Counted from the first letter of the stretch, positions 12,121 through 26,649 are shown. The stretch: DNA of 64,000 bases from Ginglymostoma cirratum (GCA_024137785.1 JAHRHZ010000012.1:50663389-50727388); one strand, 5' to 3'. Translations and numbers: made by a program. The notes: generated by a model not told the origin, from the letters alone.

Positions 12121-15100
12121 GTTTGACTACTTTAGACCATGATGTGAAAATCTCTCCCCATGTGAGAGTTATCAATATGGTCAAACCACAAAAACATTTT
12201 ACTCCATTTTTCTGTCTCAATGGGACTATTCTCATTCATGCCTTTCTGCATTAGCTACTTCTGTGTCCTTACCATTAATGCTGCCCATATATATGACAGG
12301 CAGATGTCTACACCAGACAATTAATCACAACTAATAACAAATGTGCTTGTGGGAAAATCTGGCAATTAATGGACTGGCCTTTGGAGCCATCAGCAAAGGT
12401 GCACCAGATGAGCATCCCACCAAAAGATTGTTCACTGCATGTCCATCATCTTTATAGATGGAACGATGCCAAGAACAATTACAACTGTTTTCTATTATCA
12501 TGGAAGACAATTTCAAATGCATGTTAGCTATTGAACTTATTGAAAGATCAGCGGTATGAAGCAAATAATGCTGAAGAAATCAAAACAGAGATTTCTAAAA
12601 CTTCTGAATCTACCTTTTTCAAATGGATGTGTGTCACTCTGAATTACACCATGTCATTGCGGTGGGAGGCTCTGAATGTCCCTTACAGGTGTTGGCCACC
12701 TTCCCTGGTAACATGATGACATTGGATATTCAGTTTGAAATGTTACGATTAACAGGCTCCATATTCCACTGTACATCTGCTATTGAAGTGGAATTTCCAG
12801 TATACTGACCCCAAGTCTTCAAGTTAAACAACAACAAGAGCTTCCACTTACGTGGCACTCATGACATTGTAAAACATTAAAGGAGTTTCGTTTGAGCATG
12901 CATGGGAAAAATTGACACTGAAAATAAAACAAAGCTATTGTAACAATGCAGTTAAAAATAGGAATAAGAGCTTGATTTAAGTTTCAAGGTCTGTGATAAA
13001 CTAGTGACAATTTATTATTTCACCTACAGATAATACTTGGGTGGTACTTATGAAAAAAATGCTATCAACTTCCCACTGATCTTGCAGTCTCCACCAAAGA
13101 AAATTTGAGCCCAAAATAACAGGAAGAGCAAAGACACAGTATTTCCCTTCTGTTACCACCTAGTTGTGAAAACATTCAGTTCAATTATGTGGCATGAATG
13201 GGACTTCTCCAGGGTTAGGTTTCTGTAGCATTCATTACCTCTGCATTGTCCTTAAGTTTAAAAAAAGCTTGGTAATGGATTGCCCAGCATTTGAAGTGCT
13301 TAGAAAACATGCTCTTAATTGGCAGATTTCTTTGAACCACTTCTTTGTTACCACATGCTCTCATAAGCAATAAATGTAATTGATATGGAACATAGTAGAG
13401 GGCAAACAGGTATTTTGACAATAGTCTACTTTATTTGTGAAACACTTCAAATAAAATATGATCTATTGCTTTCTCTTTCCTTGTGATATTAGAAGGTCAG
13501 AGGCTGAATACAGAAAGAACAGGCAAACCAGAGCATCATAGCTCACCCAATCAGAAAATGCCTACAGATGACTTCATATCACTACTGAACTGCGTCTAAA
13601 ATGAATTTAGGATTTTGAATCCACTGCTACATGCAGAAAGTGATTGCATCTGTATATCACTCTTTGCTTGAATCACAAGATTCAATGTGAGTGTTAATTT
13701 GGCCTTTTGCCAGCATGAACCAATGTGTTGTTGGACTCATAGAGGTCTACAGCACAGAAAAAAAATGTCCGTGTCCCTATTTAACTTGAAGTAATGTTTT
13801 GGATCCACTTTTTCCAAATATTTATTGCCTGCATTATCCCTCTTGGTAATCTTCATTGAAATCAGAGGAGCCCTCATTTGGAAGGCCCACATTAGTGGCT
13901 TTTAACTCATGGTTCTTCTCTGTATCTTCAGGATTAAAAGGTCTGTCTTGTGTACTTGTGGTTAAAGTATGGTCTAATATTCTATTGTCCATTTAGTGCA
14001 GTTCTCCTAACTTCTCAGTCCCTGTTCCTTTTAACAGTGTTACTGAATATTTGATTCTGAGTTATTGCCAAAGTGTAAAGCGGATTAATAGAAGTCTTAT
14101 AGAGGCCTGAACGATGTGGGCTATGGTGAGAAATATGTTAAAACCATGCGAGAAGTCCAGAGAGCCTATATTGACCTCAATAGGAACTCACATCTTTTAT
14201 CTAATTTTTGGACATCAAGGCAAGACTACCATTAGGCTGTGATGAGTTCCCAAATAAAAAGGATCATTGCTTGCTAACAATCCTATTAACCACATAACAT
14301 GCCACATTAACATGCAGCTTGCTATCCTCCCACCCGCCTCCAGCAAACTAGATACTAAGAATTGTCGAGATGGAGGTCAGAGAATACCTGGTGACTCCAG
14401 CACATGACTGACTACATAGATTCCCCTTGTTGCTGAGCACCAAACAACATCCTAGGCCAGATCCATTAGCACCAGTTGCTTGAACCTCTCATCCACGAAC
14501 ATTGACATCCACTCAAGATCCTCTGGGAGCCAAAATGTTTGCGGCATTTGTTGCTTCAGTATCTTCCTCCTGGCAGGTTACCTCTGCTCCATTTTCCAGG
14601 ATGTGAATCAGCTTCCCCACACTGGATGCACCCTGGATTCATCACACATTGGTCACACCAGAATTCGTTTTTACTATCTGAATCCACCTCACTCAAGCCA
14701 TCACAGACTAACCTTACAAGTTTTGATGCACTGTTTACTGTGCTGCTTGCCTCCACATTATCTACCAGACACCTGGCTTCAAGCAGCACCTATCTATGAC
14801 TTATATTCTAGGCTGCTCTCCAGCATGCGCTTCACCAACATGGGTGTGCCCACCTGTGTCCATCTGCTTAATGACTCTGTGGGGATCCTAGAGACCTGGC
14901 TGAGCTAGAACCCAATCTGGGTAATTGGCCACAGAGCCTGTATCCCTTTGAAGGTACCTGTACAGACAAGAGGTTGAAAAGGTCCTCTTGAGCAAATGCT
15001 GGCTAAACATGCAATTCTAATCATTTGCCCAGATGAATGTTCCATTTAAATGGAATACAAAAATGGAGCTGACTATTAAAAAGATGCAGCAAGAACTGTT

Positions 15101-15349
15101 GACTGTCAATCTTAATTCTCAGACCAGGCAGCTGGATTCTTATTGGTCAGGGCATTGTCATAACAATGCAGCAGACTGCGGCTGTCTCCATCATTGCTTT
15201 TTTTGAAAAACATGCACAAATTAATTTTGCCAACATAAAACAGGGTCTTGAGTATATATGTATGCTGCTCCTGCACTCACAAATGCTTCACACTGCATGC
15301 CTAGCTAATCATCTTAAATTGGTACCTTAGCACTCTTCGCACCAGAAAG

Positions 15350-15601
15350 CAATTAAAGATCATAAGAAGTAACTTTCTCATGTTGCTAGTGATTCAGGTT
15401 TGAAATGCACTGCCTGGAATTGTGATGCAGTTAGATTCAATCTAAGCATTCAAGAGGACATTTAAGTTGAAACAGTATGCAGGGTTATGGGAAAAGGGCA
15501 ATAGAATGGCACTAAGTCATGATGTTCCTTCAGGGAGCTGGTGCAGTTGTGATGGACTGAATGGTTTTCTTTGGCACTGTAACAATTCTGTGATTCTATG
15601 A
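15350..15601 (+). mobile_element. CR1 LINE 3' end
   Basis: gaaatgcactgcctgga...cattcaagagg...gactgaatgg...ctgtaacaattctgtgattctatga tail. Confidence 0.75.
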
Positions 15602-17159
15602 AGATGCCCAGATTAACTGTACGTTGTGTTAGTCACAAACGGTGCTGAAGCTCATATAGACATGGTTCATACAATTATTGTAATGAGAAGGTAACATGAA
15701 GTTTTCTGTTGTCTCCCTATAGAACAGGATGCAGGATAATTGAGCATCACAGTCCAAATATCTGAAATTTGACATTGAAATATTTTCCCCTCGAGTCTCC
15801 TCTGGCCCAGCCTTTCCTCTCTGCTCTAACTAAGAATGTTATGAATTTGCAACTCTAGACTCCAGTTTCCTCACTTGTTTTCTGAGGTATTTCAGGTAGC
15901 ACACACCATCACAGAGACCCATTTCCCAGTCATGTGTCTCCATTCCTACCTGTCCAGTGGCTGAGCAGGGGCCAATCTGGAATACCGTAGCCAAATCAGG
16001 TGGAATCACCCACTCTCAAGGGAGGGTTTAGTGGAGGTTGATGGTTGGGTTGAAGATAACAGACACAGACAGATTGCCTCCTAATTTGTCCCCACCATGC
16101 ACAATTCCGGATTCCAAATAAAATTAAGACTTGGAGATGCAGATGTGTACGTACCTAATGTGAGAACTATTATAAATCACGTGACAAATAGAAAATAAAA
16201 TAAAACTCTCAAATACATGAGAGCAATGATTGAGGATATAGGGCTCAGGCTGTAATGGACAAATTTAAGATAATCATCAGGATTAATTTCTAGACATCGG
16301 GAAATGCTAATATTTGGAAAGGGTGGTCAGGAGCTTAACTTAAGCAAATACTCCGTATATGTTTAAGCAAAGGAAATAGCCTGAATTTTAGCAGAAATTG
16401 CTACGTCAATTTTGTCAACTATCATGGAAAGTTTCCAGCACGAAGCGTAGATAGACTTCTCACACCATCTTCCTAAATATACCTCATTATCTTCCCTCTT
16501 GCCATTGGCAGAAGTGCTTGCTACTGCTGGGTCATCGCAGGATCCCTAGCCCTGGCACTATCTTCAAAGCCCAGACCAGCACCACATCACACACTGTCAG
16601 TCCAGAGCTACCCTTCACTTTACATGTTACAGGAGAGCAACAAAAACAAATGCTTCTCAGGGGACAGCTGACATGTCCTTGCAACTATAAGTGCGCAGTT
16701 GTACATTTATTGCTAGTTGAGAATCAAGCCACACAATCGGCCAGTCCTTAGCCTTGCTCTATCTTAGAACTCTGTTTAAGGGAGTGCGACTGTTTCCCAG
16801 TGACCAGTGTAGCCCAACATCTTCTCATTGTTCAACGTGGGACCATCGCACACTGGAAAATCATCAAATAATTTGAAACATTTACTCTTACTCAGCAACA
16901 GCAAAAGTGAACAAAGAAGTGAAAAACAGAAGCTGAATTTCCCAATGGGAACAAACAGGGACTGGTTGCTTCTTGAGCACCAGCACAGTTACAGTCACTG
17001 AGAGATGACTGCACTCAACTCATTCTCTACTGGAACCATCTGACTTGTTACACCTAACATCACAGTACTCTAACATACAGAAGGTGCTGTTACTCCAACT
17101 CAATGTCTTCACCTTTCTTTTTGGAAGACTGCAGCCATTTTCCCACCTCTCCAAAGTTC

Positions 17160-17760
17160 ATCACATCATGTTATTGCTTTCCACAGTTGTGCAGACCACA
17201 GCAGGTGAGGATTATGTGGTACACTCTGTCTGGAGTGTACTGCAAGGCCCTACCAGTCCAATTCAAGTATTGGAACCTCATCTTCAGAAGGTATATTGCC
17301 TGCTCCATGGCCGAAGAATAGGCTTCATTGTACCTACACTCAACCTCAGTTAGAGGGTGAGATGGAGTCATAAGACATAGTCATTAGTAGTGGGTAGTCC
17401 CTGTCTCCTCGAAACTATCCAGGTGAGGTACCTGGCTCTTGAAACGAAGCAGATACATGAGAGATCTCAAGGATTTAGGCATCATGGCGACTCCCAGGGT
17501 ACCTAGCACAGGCCTCTAAGATGATTACAGAGGACTTATACATTGATGGAATGGAATTGATGAATTCACCTGCATTATAGTCTGATACTCTCAATGTGGC
17601 ATCTATACAGTCTATAACACCCTGCACATAGGGCAAGACAGCTATGTTGGCAAAGCTGACTTCCAGGGCTGCAACACAGATGTTGTCATGGGAAAACAAG
17701 ATGAAGCAGTGTTTTCTGGCACAAATTTCATCACTAACAACTTTGAGATCTCACACAGAT
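17160..17760 (-). pseudogene. PIF/Harbinger (HARBI1-like) DDE transposase fossil
   Basis: ORF pieces 'FANIAVLPYVQGVIDC...ACARYPGSRHDA' and 'TEVECRYNEAY...MEQAIYLLKMRFQYLNWTGRALQYTPDRVYHIILTCCGLHN' match HARBI1-family motifs. Confidence 0.9.
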
Positions 17761-19289
17761 CTCTGCTTGATCTTTAGAGCAGCTAGTTGCATAAGTATTT
17801 TGTGATTTCTCCATGGCAGCAGCAATTCAATGATAGGTTCTGGTTGGATCCAAAGTACAGCATTGAAATGCAGAAGCATGTTATAAATGAATCGAAGATG
17901 AGCCATGGGGTGCTGTTAAGTGCCTGACGCCATCATCTGTTGGATAGGTTGGTGGGTGGTTGAGGGAAGTGCAGTTGCTGCCCATGGATGTGCTCTGAGG
18001 CCTTGGTAACTGCTGTTTAAGATGGAGGACGAGCGGAGCAAGCGATGAACCACTCTGACGTCCATGTTGGGAATTGTCATGTGTTGTACTCCAGCCTCTA
18101 TCCAGCAGGTAGGAGAATAGAGAAAATTGTATATAAATGAGGCAACATTATCTAATAATGAGATATTCATGCATGCAAATGGAGGCAAATATTCTTCTCG
18201 CCATTCACTGGTGAGATTCTTATCTCACCATTCAACACTTGATTGAAAAATGCGACATTTGCTCTTAGCATTGAGAGTCTGCTTACTGTTCATTTCACTC
18301 CGTTTTCCCAACTTCCTCACCAACAACCATTTTGTACAGTGACTGGGAGAATTTGCCCAAGAGGAATTGTTCAAGGGAGTCAATAAAATAACCTTGAAGT
18401 CCACTTGCAACCTGACATACCATCTAAGCTTGTGGGCTGCTTACCATACAAATAGAACTGATACAAAAATAACTTCATCCTAAACTATTTTGTTGTTCAA
18501 ATAGTTAGTGCCTTTCAATGGGAAGAAATAAAAACTGATCTATTAAAATTGGATTTAACCTCTTATTTGAAACCAAAACATGTTATTTCATTCTTACCTA
18601 AATATTTTGATATCAATTAAATTTCAATCCCATTAAATGTAAAAATTTATTAAATCATTCAGGTCACTGAATCTAGTTAAAATCATTTGTTGATTAACAT
18701 GGAAACTCCAGGAGTACACATGAACATGAATCATCATTAAACCAATTAAACACAATGTTTTGACAACTGTCATGTTAGAGTCACTTTTAATTTTCCGTCA
18801 CCAGTACCTTTTACAGTTCTGACCTAACCAAAAAGCAGTCAGGGTAGACACTTTGTGTTAATGCAAAATGTTTTCAGCTGCAAATTCATTCAAACTGTGT
18901 GGTTTAATTATGTAATAAATTATCCCAAGTCCTTATTTAACATCAAATATGACCAACATTAGTGCAGTGGTGAGCTCAACAGAATGTAGTACGGCTGACG
19001 CGAGTTCAATTCAAGGCGGCTTATGTTACCAGTCTCAAACCAGCATCTATGGAATTCAGTTGAATAATTTGGAATTAATAGTTAAGTAGTTCATATATTT
19101 TTAAAGAAATAATTTTGAAGTTACAGTTGGTTGAAATGTCCTCAGCACTGTCAACCTCTGATCAAACTGCATATCCTCCAGCTCTGGTTCACAGCTTTAC
19201 CAATTGAATTAATGAATACCTATCAAACAATGGAATCCAAATTGTGACCATATTGCAGTCACATTTGTTGTAGGAAAGCTGGTCGTGGT

Positions 19290-20300
19290 GAGGACAGAAA
19301 GAGTCCTCAAAGGGATGAGAAAGGTTAAGAGAATGGGCAAAATGTTAGCAGTTGGAGCATAATGTGGGAACCTATGAACGTCTCCATTTTGGGAGGAAGA
19401 ATAGATAAACAACACATTATTTATATGGAGAAAGACTACAAATTGATGCAGTACAAGGGGATCTGGGTGCCCACATACATGAATCACAAGAAGTCAGCAT
19501 GGAAGTAGAGCAAGTAATCAGGAAGGCATAGGGAATATTAACCTTTATGACAGGGGAAATGGAATACGAAGAGAGAGAAGTCTTGTCACAAAAGTAAAGG
19601 GCATAACTGAGATGGCACTTGAGTACTGTGCAAAATTTTGGCCACGTTACTTAAGGAGGGACATGCTTTTATGGAAATAGCTCAGAGGTGTTCCACTAGT
19701 CTGATTTTTTTTCTTATGATGAAGGCTTGAGCAAATTGGGCCAATATTCACTAAAGTTAAGATGCAAGAGAGATACTCTTTCTTGTGCAACATATATGAA
19801 ATAAATCCAATCTACATTCCCTTAACATAGTTAAAGTTTCTGCAGCACACAGCCATCTTATTTGCATGCAGACATTACAGATTTATGGTCATGTAGCAAT
19901 TAAGAGTTGGGGGTTCTTTCCAAATGCCTCAGATGCATTACCAGAGAAGCTGATATCTTGGGAATAATGTGAATGTTTTTGAGATGATGCAGGAAACACA
20001 TAAGAGAGTGCTTCCACAGCTGAAGCACTTCAGTTATGTGGATAGGTTAAAAAAGCTGAGACTGTTCTTTTTGGAGAAGGTTAAGAAAAGATTTGAAAGA
20101 AGTGCTCATAATCATGAGAGGTCACGTCAGATTAGATAGAAATTGTTCTGGGTGTGGCTTGGCAACAAAAAAATAGTTGCTTGTCAAACCAACAGGAGGA
20201 GAGACTTTAAAGTCAGATCAGCCTTAATCTTGAGTGCTGGCACAGAAGCTCGAAGGGCTGTGTGGCCTATTCTAGTTCCATATTTTTGTGCTTATCATGT
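19290..20300 (+). mobile_element. CR1 LINE ORF2 3' fragments
   Basis: 'RLREWAK..Q.E.NV' like motif at 19320-19370, ggcacttgagtactgtgcaaaattttgg, tail-like tggcctattctagttcc; interrupted at about 19780-19970. Confidence 0.75.
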
Positions 20301-20999
20301 AGTGATTGGCTCAGACCTGAAATTCACTGCGTCACAGACAAAGGAAGAATGGTTTTGAACTTAAATCATATTTGCTCTTCCCATATTAACCCAGCAAAGT
20401 ATTGTTTGGTTTATTCCTTGCCCTTTTTATTCCCATTCCTTAGTGAGGTAAGCCATTCAGTGTTCCCCAAGCACTGGTTCTCTGATTTCAACTTCGGAAA
20501 TAAACAAATTAGCAAAATTCTTTGAGATGAAATCAACGATAGGTTTTATTCTTATCAAAACAGTCAAACTACAGGGAATAACTTTGCTACCCCATTCACA
20601 CACAAGCACTCAGAAAATTAAGGAAGACAGGCCAGGGGAGGAGATAGATTTTAAATTACAAGCTTTGGTAAATCAAGAGATATTTTTAAAAATCAGTTCC
20701 AGCTGCATTACAACTTCCCAGAAATCAAGTGTCCAACTAATAATTTCCTTGATGAGCTAGAACCAGCAGGTTTCCTTCTTGCAGGCAAAGCTTTGGCTTC
20801 TTTCCATTCAGAAACTTGAACACAGTGATGGCAAGTCCAAGTCAGGCTCAAGTTTTCCTGTTCCCCCTCTGGAGGTCAAACAGCAACTAATTCAGTTAGT
20901 AACTCAAGCTCCTTTACAAGTAAAGCACAAGAGATATTTTCTAATCAACCTGTTCAGCAATGTTATGACAAACGTCAAGTGGCAATAATTGGATTCTGT

Positions 21000-21970
21000 C
21001 TTGTTGAAGATGGTCATTTCCTAACATTGAGTGATTTGAATGTTATTTGTAATTCTCCACATTGTCAGGTAAGTACTAGTGTTGTAAGTGTACCAGCATT
21101 GCTGGGCTCAGCTTGCTCTGGAGCTGCCAGAATGTTATCAGAGCTTTTTATAGTAGCGAGCATTTTCAACATTTCTTGATATCTTGTGGAGTTAAGTTAG
21201 TTGGCTGAAGTCTGATACCTTTGGGGCTGGAGACTTCAGTGCCCTGATGACCAAGCACTTCCTCATGGCATTCAACATAAGGGAGAACTGAGCCATCACC
21301 TAACTGGGGTGCGATGTGGTAGCTGATAATCAGCAGGAGGCTTCCTTGCTCATTTTGACCTGATACCTTGAGACCTTATGGGATCTAGAGTTAATGTTGA
21401 GGATGCCAGGGCATCCTGCTTCCAACTGGTATACCACTGGGCTACTACCTCTGGGATGGCAATGGTGGTTTCTGGGACATAGCCACACTTACAGGATCAT
21501 ACCCTATGGACAATGTCAAACTATGGATTGAATAATCTGTGGGACTGTTCTGTCAGTTTGGCACAAGCCCTCAGTATGGCACAAACCATCGGTAAAGAGG
21601 TCTTTGGAGGATCAACAGGATTGTGTGTGTCATTGTCACTTCTGGTGCCTTAGATAATGCTGAGTGTTCTGTTCAATTTCCATTTTCCTACCAATTCAAT
21701 ACAACTGAAGCCCTGTGGCTACTTCAGAGGTTGACCACATTGGATCGATCCAGAGTCACACGTAGGTCAGAACAGGGGAGCATCGTAGACTTCCTTCCTT
21801 AAAGTGTATTAGTAAATTAGACAGGTTTTTCCAACAACTGACAGTGGTTTCACTGTCACCATTAGACCATCTTTTAATCCAGATTTATTGATTGTATTCA
21901 ATTTTCAATCACTGCTTGGTGGAATTTGATTCCCTGATTCCAGTGCATCAGCATGAGTCTCTTGATTACT
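21000..21970 (-). mobile_element. CR1-clade LINE fragments (second family)
   Basis: Shares blocks with 35810-36140 and 37490-37760 (ccagagtcacacgtaggtcaga...ttccttccttaaag...cattagac...ggtggaatttga). Confidence 0.65.
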
Positions 21971-22499
21971 AATATAGCGACAATACTGCCACACCACTGC
22001 CTTCTCCTTAGGATGAGAGGAGATAAAAGTAGCGTGGATTGTTGGGCTGAACAGCTCTTGTACTGTAAAATTCTATCTAATTTTACATATTCTATATAAA
22101 ATTAAGAAATAAAGAGATTTCTGAGATTAACATTAGTTTCTCCTATCACTGCAATTGTACAAATATGGTTCTCTTCAAAAGAAGATTAAGTTCCAATTGC
22201 TCATTCCAATTTATCTTTGATATTCCTTACTGATTCTTTGTGGTCACCTTCAAATTCACGCACGTTTTTCCTGCAACTCTGTATTGAACCTCTCATATTG
22301 GATTTCTACCCTGCCAGAGCATTGGGAAAGCCTTAACCAAATGACAAATAAGATCCTCTGACTGCGATCATGATGCGTTATTTGCTCCCCATCCTCCTCC
22401 TCGTTTTTTTCATATCCTCCCTCCTTTTTAAATCGCAGATTGAAACAAATTGTTCTTGACTCTAGCTTTCTATTCAACTGTGAACTATTGTCTCCATAC

Positions 22500-22930
22500 C
22501 AAAAAAAATGTCTACTCTGACAATCCTAACTACAGCCACTTCAGCCCACCCCATCATCTATCACCTCTGTGTTTGTCCCATATTGAATACCCAAATTTGA
22601 ATGTCTCAAATTTTAAAATACCTATTGTCCTCGCCTCTCCCTTTCTCGAAAACCTCCTTCTACCCTACACACCCCTCACCATTTGCCATTTCTGAGTTCA
22701 GCCTATTCCCATTTGTTTTGCTCTACTATCAGGATAATTACTCCAAATGTTTGAACATCAATTTCAGAAATTTTCTTCCTAAACTCCTCCACCTTTTTAA
22801 CTATCTTGTCCTTTTTTGAGACTTTCCTTCAAATCCACCTTTTTGACATCTTGCTGCCCATTTTTGTTTGATTAAATCTTTGTGAAGCTTCTTTTGGACA
22901 TTTTTCTACTGAAACATTTATTAATAAATA
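22500..22930 (+). mobile_element. L2 LINE 3' fragment (degenerate)
   Basis: atcacctctgtg...aattttaaaatacctatt...ccttcaaatccacctttttgac parallels 9200-9520. Confidence 0.5.
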
Positions 22931-23230
22931 CACCTTGTATTTATAGACACTTTGGACCTTTACCTTCATCGGTTTCCATTTTAGAGTGCGTTACAGGAGC
23001 ATACACAGAGCTGCAAAAGTGCAGCATGATATTAGTATAAGCAACACTGTTTTAAACATTGGTTTAAAATTCTTTTAAAGAGGATGAACACATTCATTTT
23101 TAATGCACCAAATGTTCATTACCAATAGCACACAAGATTTCAGTACATTTTTACTGCTTAGTTTTTCTGAAGTGCTTGTGTTGATGTCCAGAAATATAGT
23201 AATAGTGAAGAGGCAGGCTTTGTTTCATAC

Positions 23231-23408
23231 TTGTCCAAATATTTTCAGTCCTTCAGTAGTTTGTAATACTCTGCAATCTTCTTTAGCTCTACAAATTCCT
23301 TGGATTTTGGGGTTCTTTGCTTTTATTGTATCAGCTTGCTTTTCTTTCAAATGCTGAGTAATCTCTGATGTTACTCCAGCTGACATGAGGTGTCTTAACA
23401 ACTGGATT
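23231..23408 (-). CDS. Candidate internal coding exon of an unidentified host gene
   Basis: Minus strand: T-rich tract ...ttcttcaaacag| acceptor, 178 bp open in one frame (xIQLLRHLMSAGVTSEITQHLKEKQADTIKAKNPKIQGICRAKEDCRVLQTTEGLKIFGQ), CAA|gtatga donor with an in-frame stop just inside the intron; AT-rich non-repeat flanks. Confidence 0.55.
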
Positions 23409-24639
23409 CTGTTTGAAGAATTTCAAATTTTAAAAAAATCAATATTTACAACTATGAGTGAAAACAGCCCCCATTACTGCTGTTACTCTGTAGTTGTAGA
23501 CAGTTGAAAGTTTATTGTTGAACAAACAATTTGTTTAAATTTGACAAATCAAAATTAGAAGGTTATTTAATAATGAAGTAAAGGAAGAAACTGATGGAAA
23601 ATTAAATATCTTTAAAATACGCAGTGATTGCAAATCTAACTATCAACATTACATTAAAGAGGACTTTTCAACACAAGATGATTTTGTTCAAAATCTTCAA
23701 AATTGTTTGGAATATGAAATTACACCCTACAATGATTCAAAAAATATTTCTTATTGTATACCACTTTCAGATCTGGTAACTGTCCACGTACTCCTACCAG
23801 ATTTCAGACTATTATTTTGATCTTTGTGATGCCTAAGTATTGTACAAAACATTTAATAGTACTGCTTGCCATTCATGTGGTGGATGAGAATGTTTAAGCA
23901 TGGGTATATAATGTTTGAAATGAGAGGTGGTAGTTTGAGTCACAAGATATTTTCCATATAGAGCCATCAGTGATAAGATTGATTTTGTTCCAACAAGTGA
24001 CAAAAATTCACTTTGAACCCATCAAAATCTTGACAACCCTGTCTCGCAATTTGAGGAAATCTACTCATATATCAACTCAAAACTTAAACCATCATTTTCA
24101 ATTTTGAACTAAGTTACAGGAGCACACAATGAGCTTAAATTGTGCAGCGCTATTGGAATTCAAACTTGGGTTTGCCTTCAATTCAGATGTTCAAGAGATT
24201 CCCTTGTTATTTTGTTAACGTTTCTAGCAAGAGTACTAAAGAAAGTTGGTAAAAGATAGTAGAACTCATTACTTTCCTTCAGTGGGAGACACAGATAATC
24301 AGGCAACTGCCTCATGTGGTCAGTGAGATACAGTTTGATGTTGTTTTTGCCCTGAAACTGTAGTTCATATACCATCAATAATTAACTAATGTTTTGGAAA
24401 ACTGCCTTCTCCAAAGTAAGCTCTGAATTTTAGTTTTTTTATAATCTCTTAATCATAATTTTGCTCTGGAAGATGGTTGTATGCATCTTTGAAATACTAG
24501 ATGTGGCTAATTGTGGCCAAGCTCAATGCCTGGTACTGACAGCTATCATGCAGATAGTGGAAGAGTGAAAATCAGTGATCTGTAAAAATATATTAACGTC
24601 ACTCTAGAGTGAAAGTCAAGAAACAGAAGACCTTGCAAT

Positions 24640-24990
24640 GTGACAAACATTCAACATCTGTGTAGAGACTGATGTTCTTGTTTTCCATCTAATTCCATAG
24701 AACAGAAAATATTCTGGAATTCAACAATCAAGTTCCTACGCAGCTGACATCTTCACAGCAATCGATCAGGATCTCCTTCAAGTTGCTAGGTCCGGTGTTG
24801 CGGAAAGCAATCCCTATGTCTTCTGTGATGCACTTGCATTGGGAGTGAGCTCTCTGATATGCAACATTACCAATAGGACAAAGTCAATGACCGGTGTGAA
24901 CAATATTGGAGTAAAGACTCAAGATTGTTAGCAATAATGCCATGTTGATTTAGGAAACTATCTTCATCACAGATGTTCCTTCTATCAGAG
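24640..24990 (+). mobile_element. Very degenerate RTE-clade LINE RT fragment
   Basis: 'VETDVLVFHL...SSYAADIF...RTKSM...LGNYL' resembles RTE 'RTDGKLFNL...LLYADD...KTKVM...YLGS'. Confidence 0.4.
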
Positions 24991-25119
24991 GGTCCAAGGA
25001 AATTCAGGATGATAAGGGTGCTGGGAGAAATGTGGTACACATCTTAAGTTACATCCTCAGCCCCGCTTACTGCCTAGAGAGAGGCTGCCGCTGGATGGAG
25101 CTCATTCCCTCCAGCCAAT

Positions 25120-26392
25120 GGCATAGAAGAACAAGAGTAGGCCAGTCAGCCCATTCAATTTATTCTACCTCTCTGCTTCGTGGCTGATCATCTTCATTAG
25201 AGACATATCCCCATCTTATCCTTGTATCCCTTTGTATTATTGGGAAATAGAAAATCTATCAATCTCTGTCTTGAACTTAATGACTGATCTTCTGGGATAG
25301 AGAATTTCAAAGATTCTCTACTCCCTGAATGAAGAATTTCCTTCACATTTCAGTCTTGAATGGATTGTCTTATATTCTGACTGTGTCTTCCCTGGTTCTA
25401 GACCCTCATGCTGGGGGAAACATTTTTTCGGCATCAACTGTGTATGTTCATGTAAACCAGGCCCAATCTCCTCAAAATGACAGTCCCACCATCCCAGGTA
25501 TCAGTCTGATGAACATCAGTTGCACTTGCTCTATGACAAGTATATCCTTCCTTTGGAAAAAGGACCAGAACTGCACACAGTTCTCTAGGCATGGTCATGC
25601 AAGAGTTCAATACAATTAAAACAAGACTTCTTAATTCCTGTAAACAATCCTCTTGTGAAAACAGCTAACATATCATTTGCCTTTTGAACTGCTTACTGCA
25701 TCGCAAGTGAGCTTTAAGTGACTTACGAGTAAGGGCACTGTGGTTTCTTTGAGTACCAATATTTTCCAATCTCTGACCATTCAAGAAATACCTTGCACCC
25801 CTGTTCTTTCTGCCAAAATGAATAATCTCTCACTTATCCATATTACATCCCATCTGTCACGTTCTTGCCTACCAACTTAGCTTATCTAAATCCCTCCAAA
25901 CTCCCCCTGAAACGTCCTCACAACTCAGATTCCCACCAGGTTTGGTATCATCTGCAGGCTTAGAATTATTACAATTGGCATCTACAAAATTATTGATATG
26001 GATTTTGAATAGATTGGGCATAAGCACTGATTCTTGCAGTACCCCAATGGTCACAGCCTGCCAAGCTGAGAATGACCCATTTAGTCCAACTCTCTACTTT
26101 CTGCCCATTAACCAATGCACAATCCACGTTGTTACATTACCGCCAAATCTGTGAACATTAATTTTATTTCCTAACCTGCTGTGTGGGACTTTATCAGAAG
26201 CCAGCTGAAAATACCAAATCCAGTGGTTCCCACTTATTGACTCAGCAAGTAAATTCTTCAAAACAACTCTTAGGTTTGCCTAATGCAATTTCCCCTTCAT
26301 ATGTCCATGTTGACTCTGTCCAAACAAAATACTACTTTCAAAATTTCCAATAATTGCATTCTTTTGTAATAGATTCTAGTATTTTCTCTACC
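25120..26392 (-). mobile_element. CR1 LINE 3' ~1.3 kb
   Basis: ORF 25869-26054 'GVLQESVLMPNLFKIHINN...SKPADDTKPGG' corresponds to CR1 RT GVPQGSVLGP...FADDTKLGG; tail at about 25120-25200. Confidence 0.9.
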
Positions 26393-26399
26393 ACTAAGG

Positions 26400-26616
26400 G
26401 AAAGTAAAGGCACCTTAGTTCCATAGGACCACAGGGCAGCTCGCTCATTAAAAAGAGATGACTGATGAGTTTAGCCTGAGGGTCACAACATCTCATGTGA
26501 GGGGAGCGTTTGGGAAGCCTGGGCCTTCACAGTAACTTCAGCCACTATGGGAATTGGATCCATGTCGATGGTATCAGTCTGCATCACAAACCAGCCATTC
26601 AGCCAACTGAGCTAAC
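26400..26616 (-). mobile_element. tRNA-derived SINE-like element
   Basis: Minus strand begins gttagctcagttggctg (A box) with B-box-like ggatccaattccc. Confidence 0.6.
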
Positions 26617-26649
26617 AGCTCCTGGTCCCCCAGGTCCTCAGCATCCAGC

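Noticed and set aside
13228-13360. Minus-strand open frame ending GAG|gtaatg
   Set aside because: No convincing acceptor, no recognisable protein, and not phase-compatible with the 23231 exon.
24730-24853. Protein-like minus peptide 'CKCITEDIGIAFRNTGPSNLKEILIDCCED'
   Set aside because: Splice sites are weak and the plus strand shows RTE-like RT motifs, so it is probably an antisense shadow.
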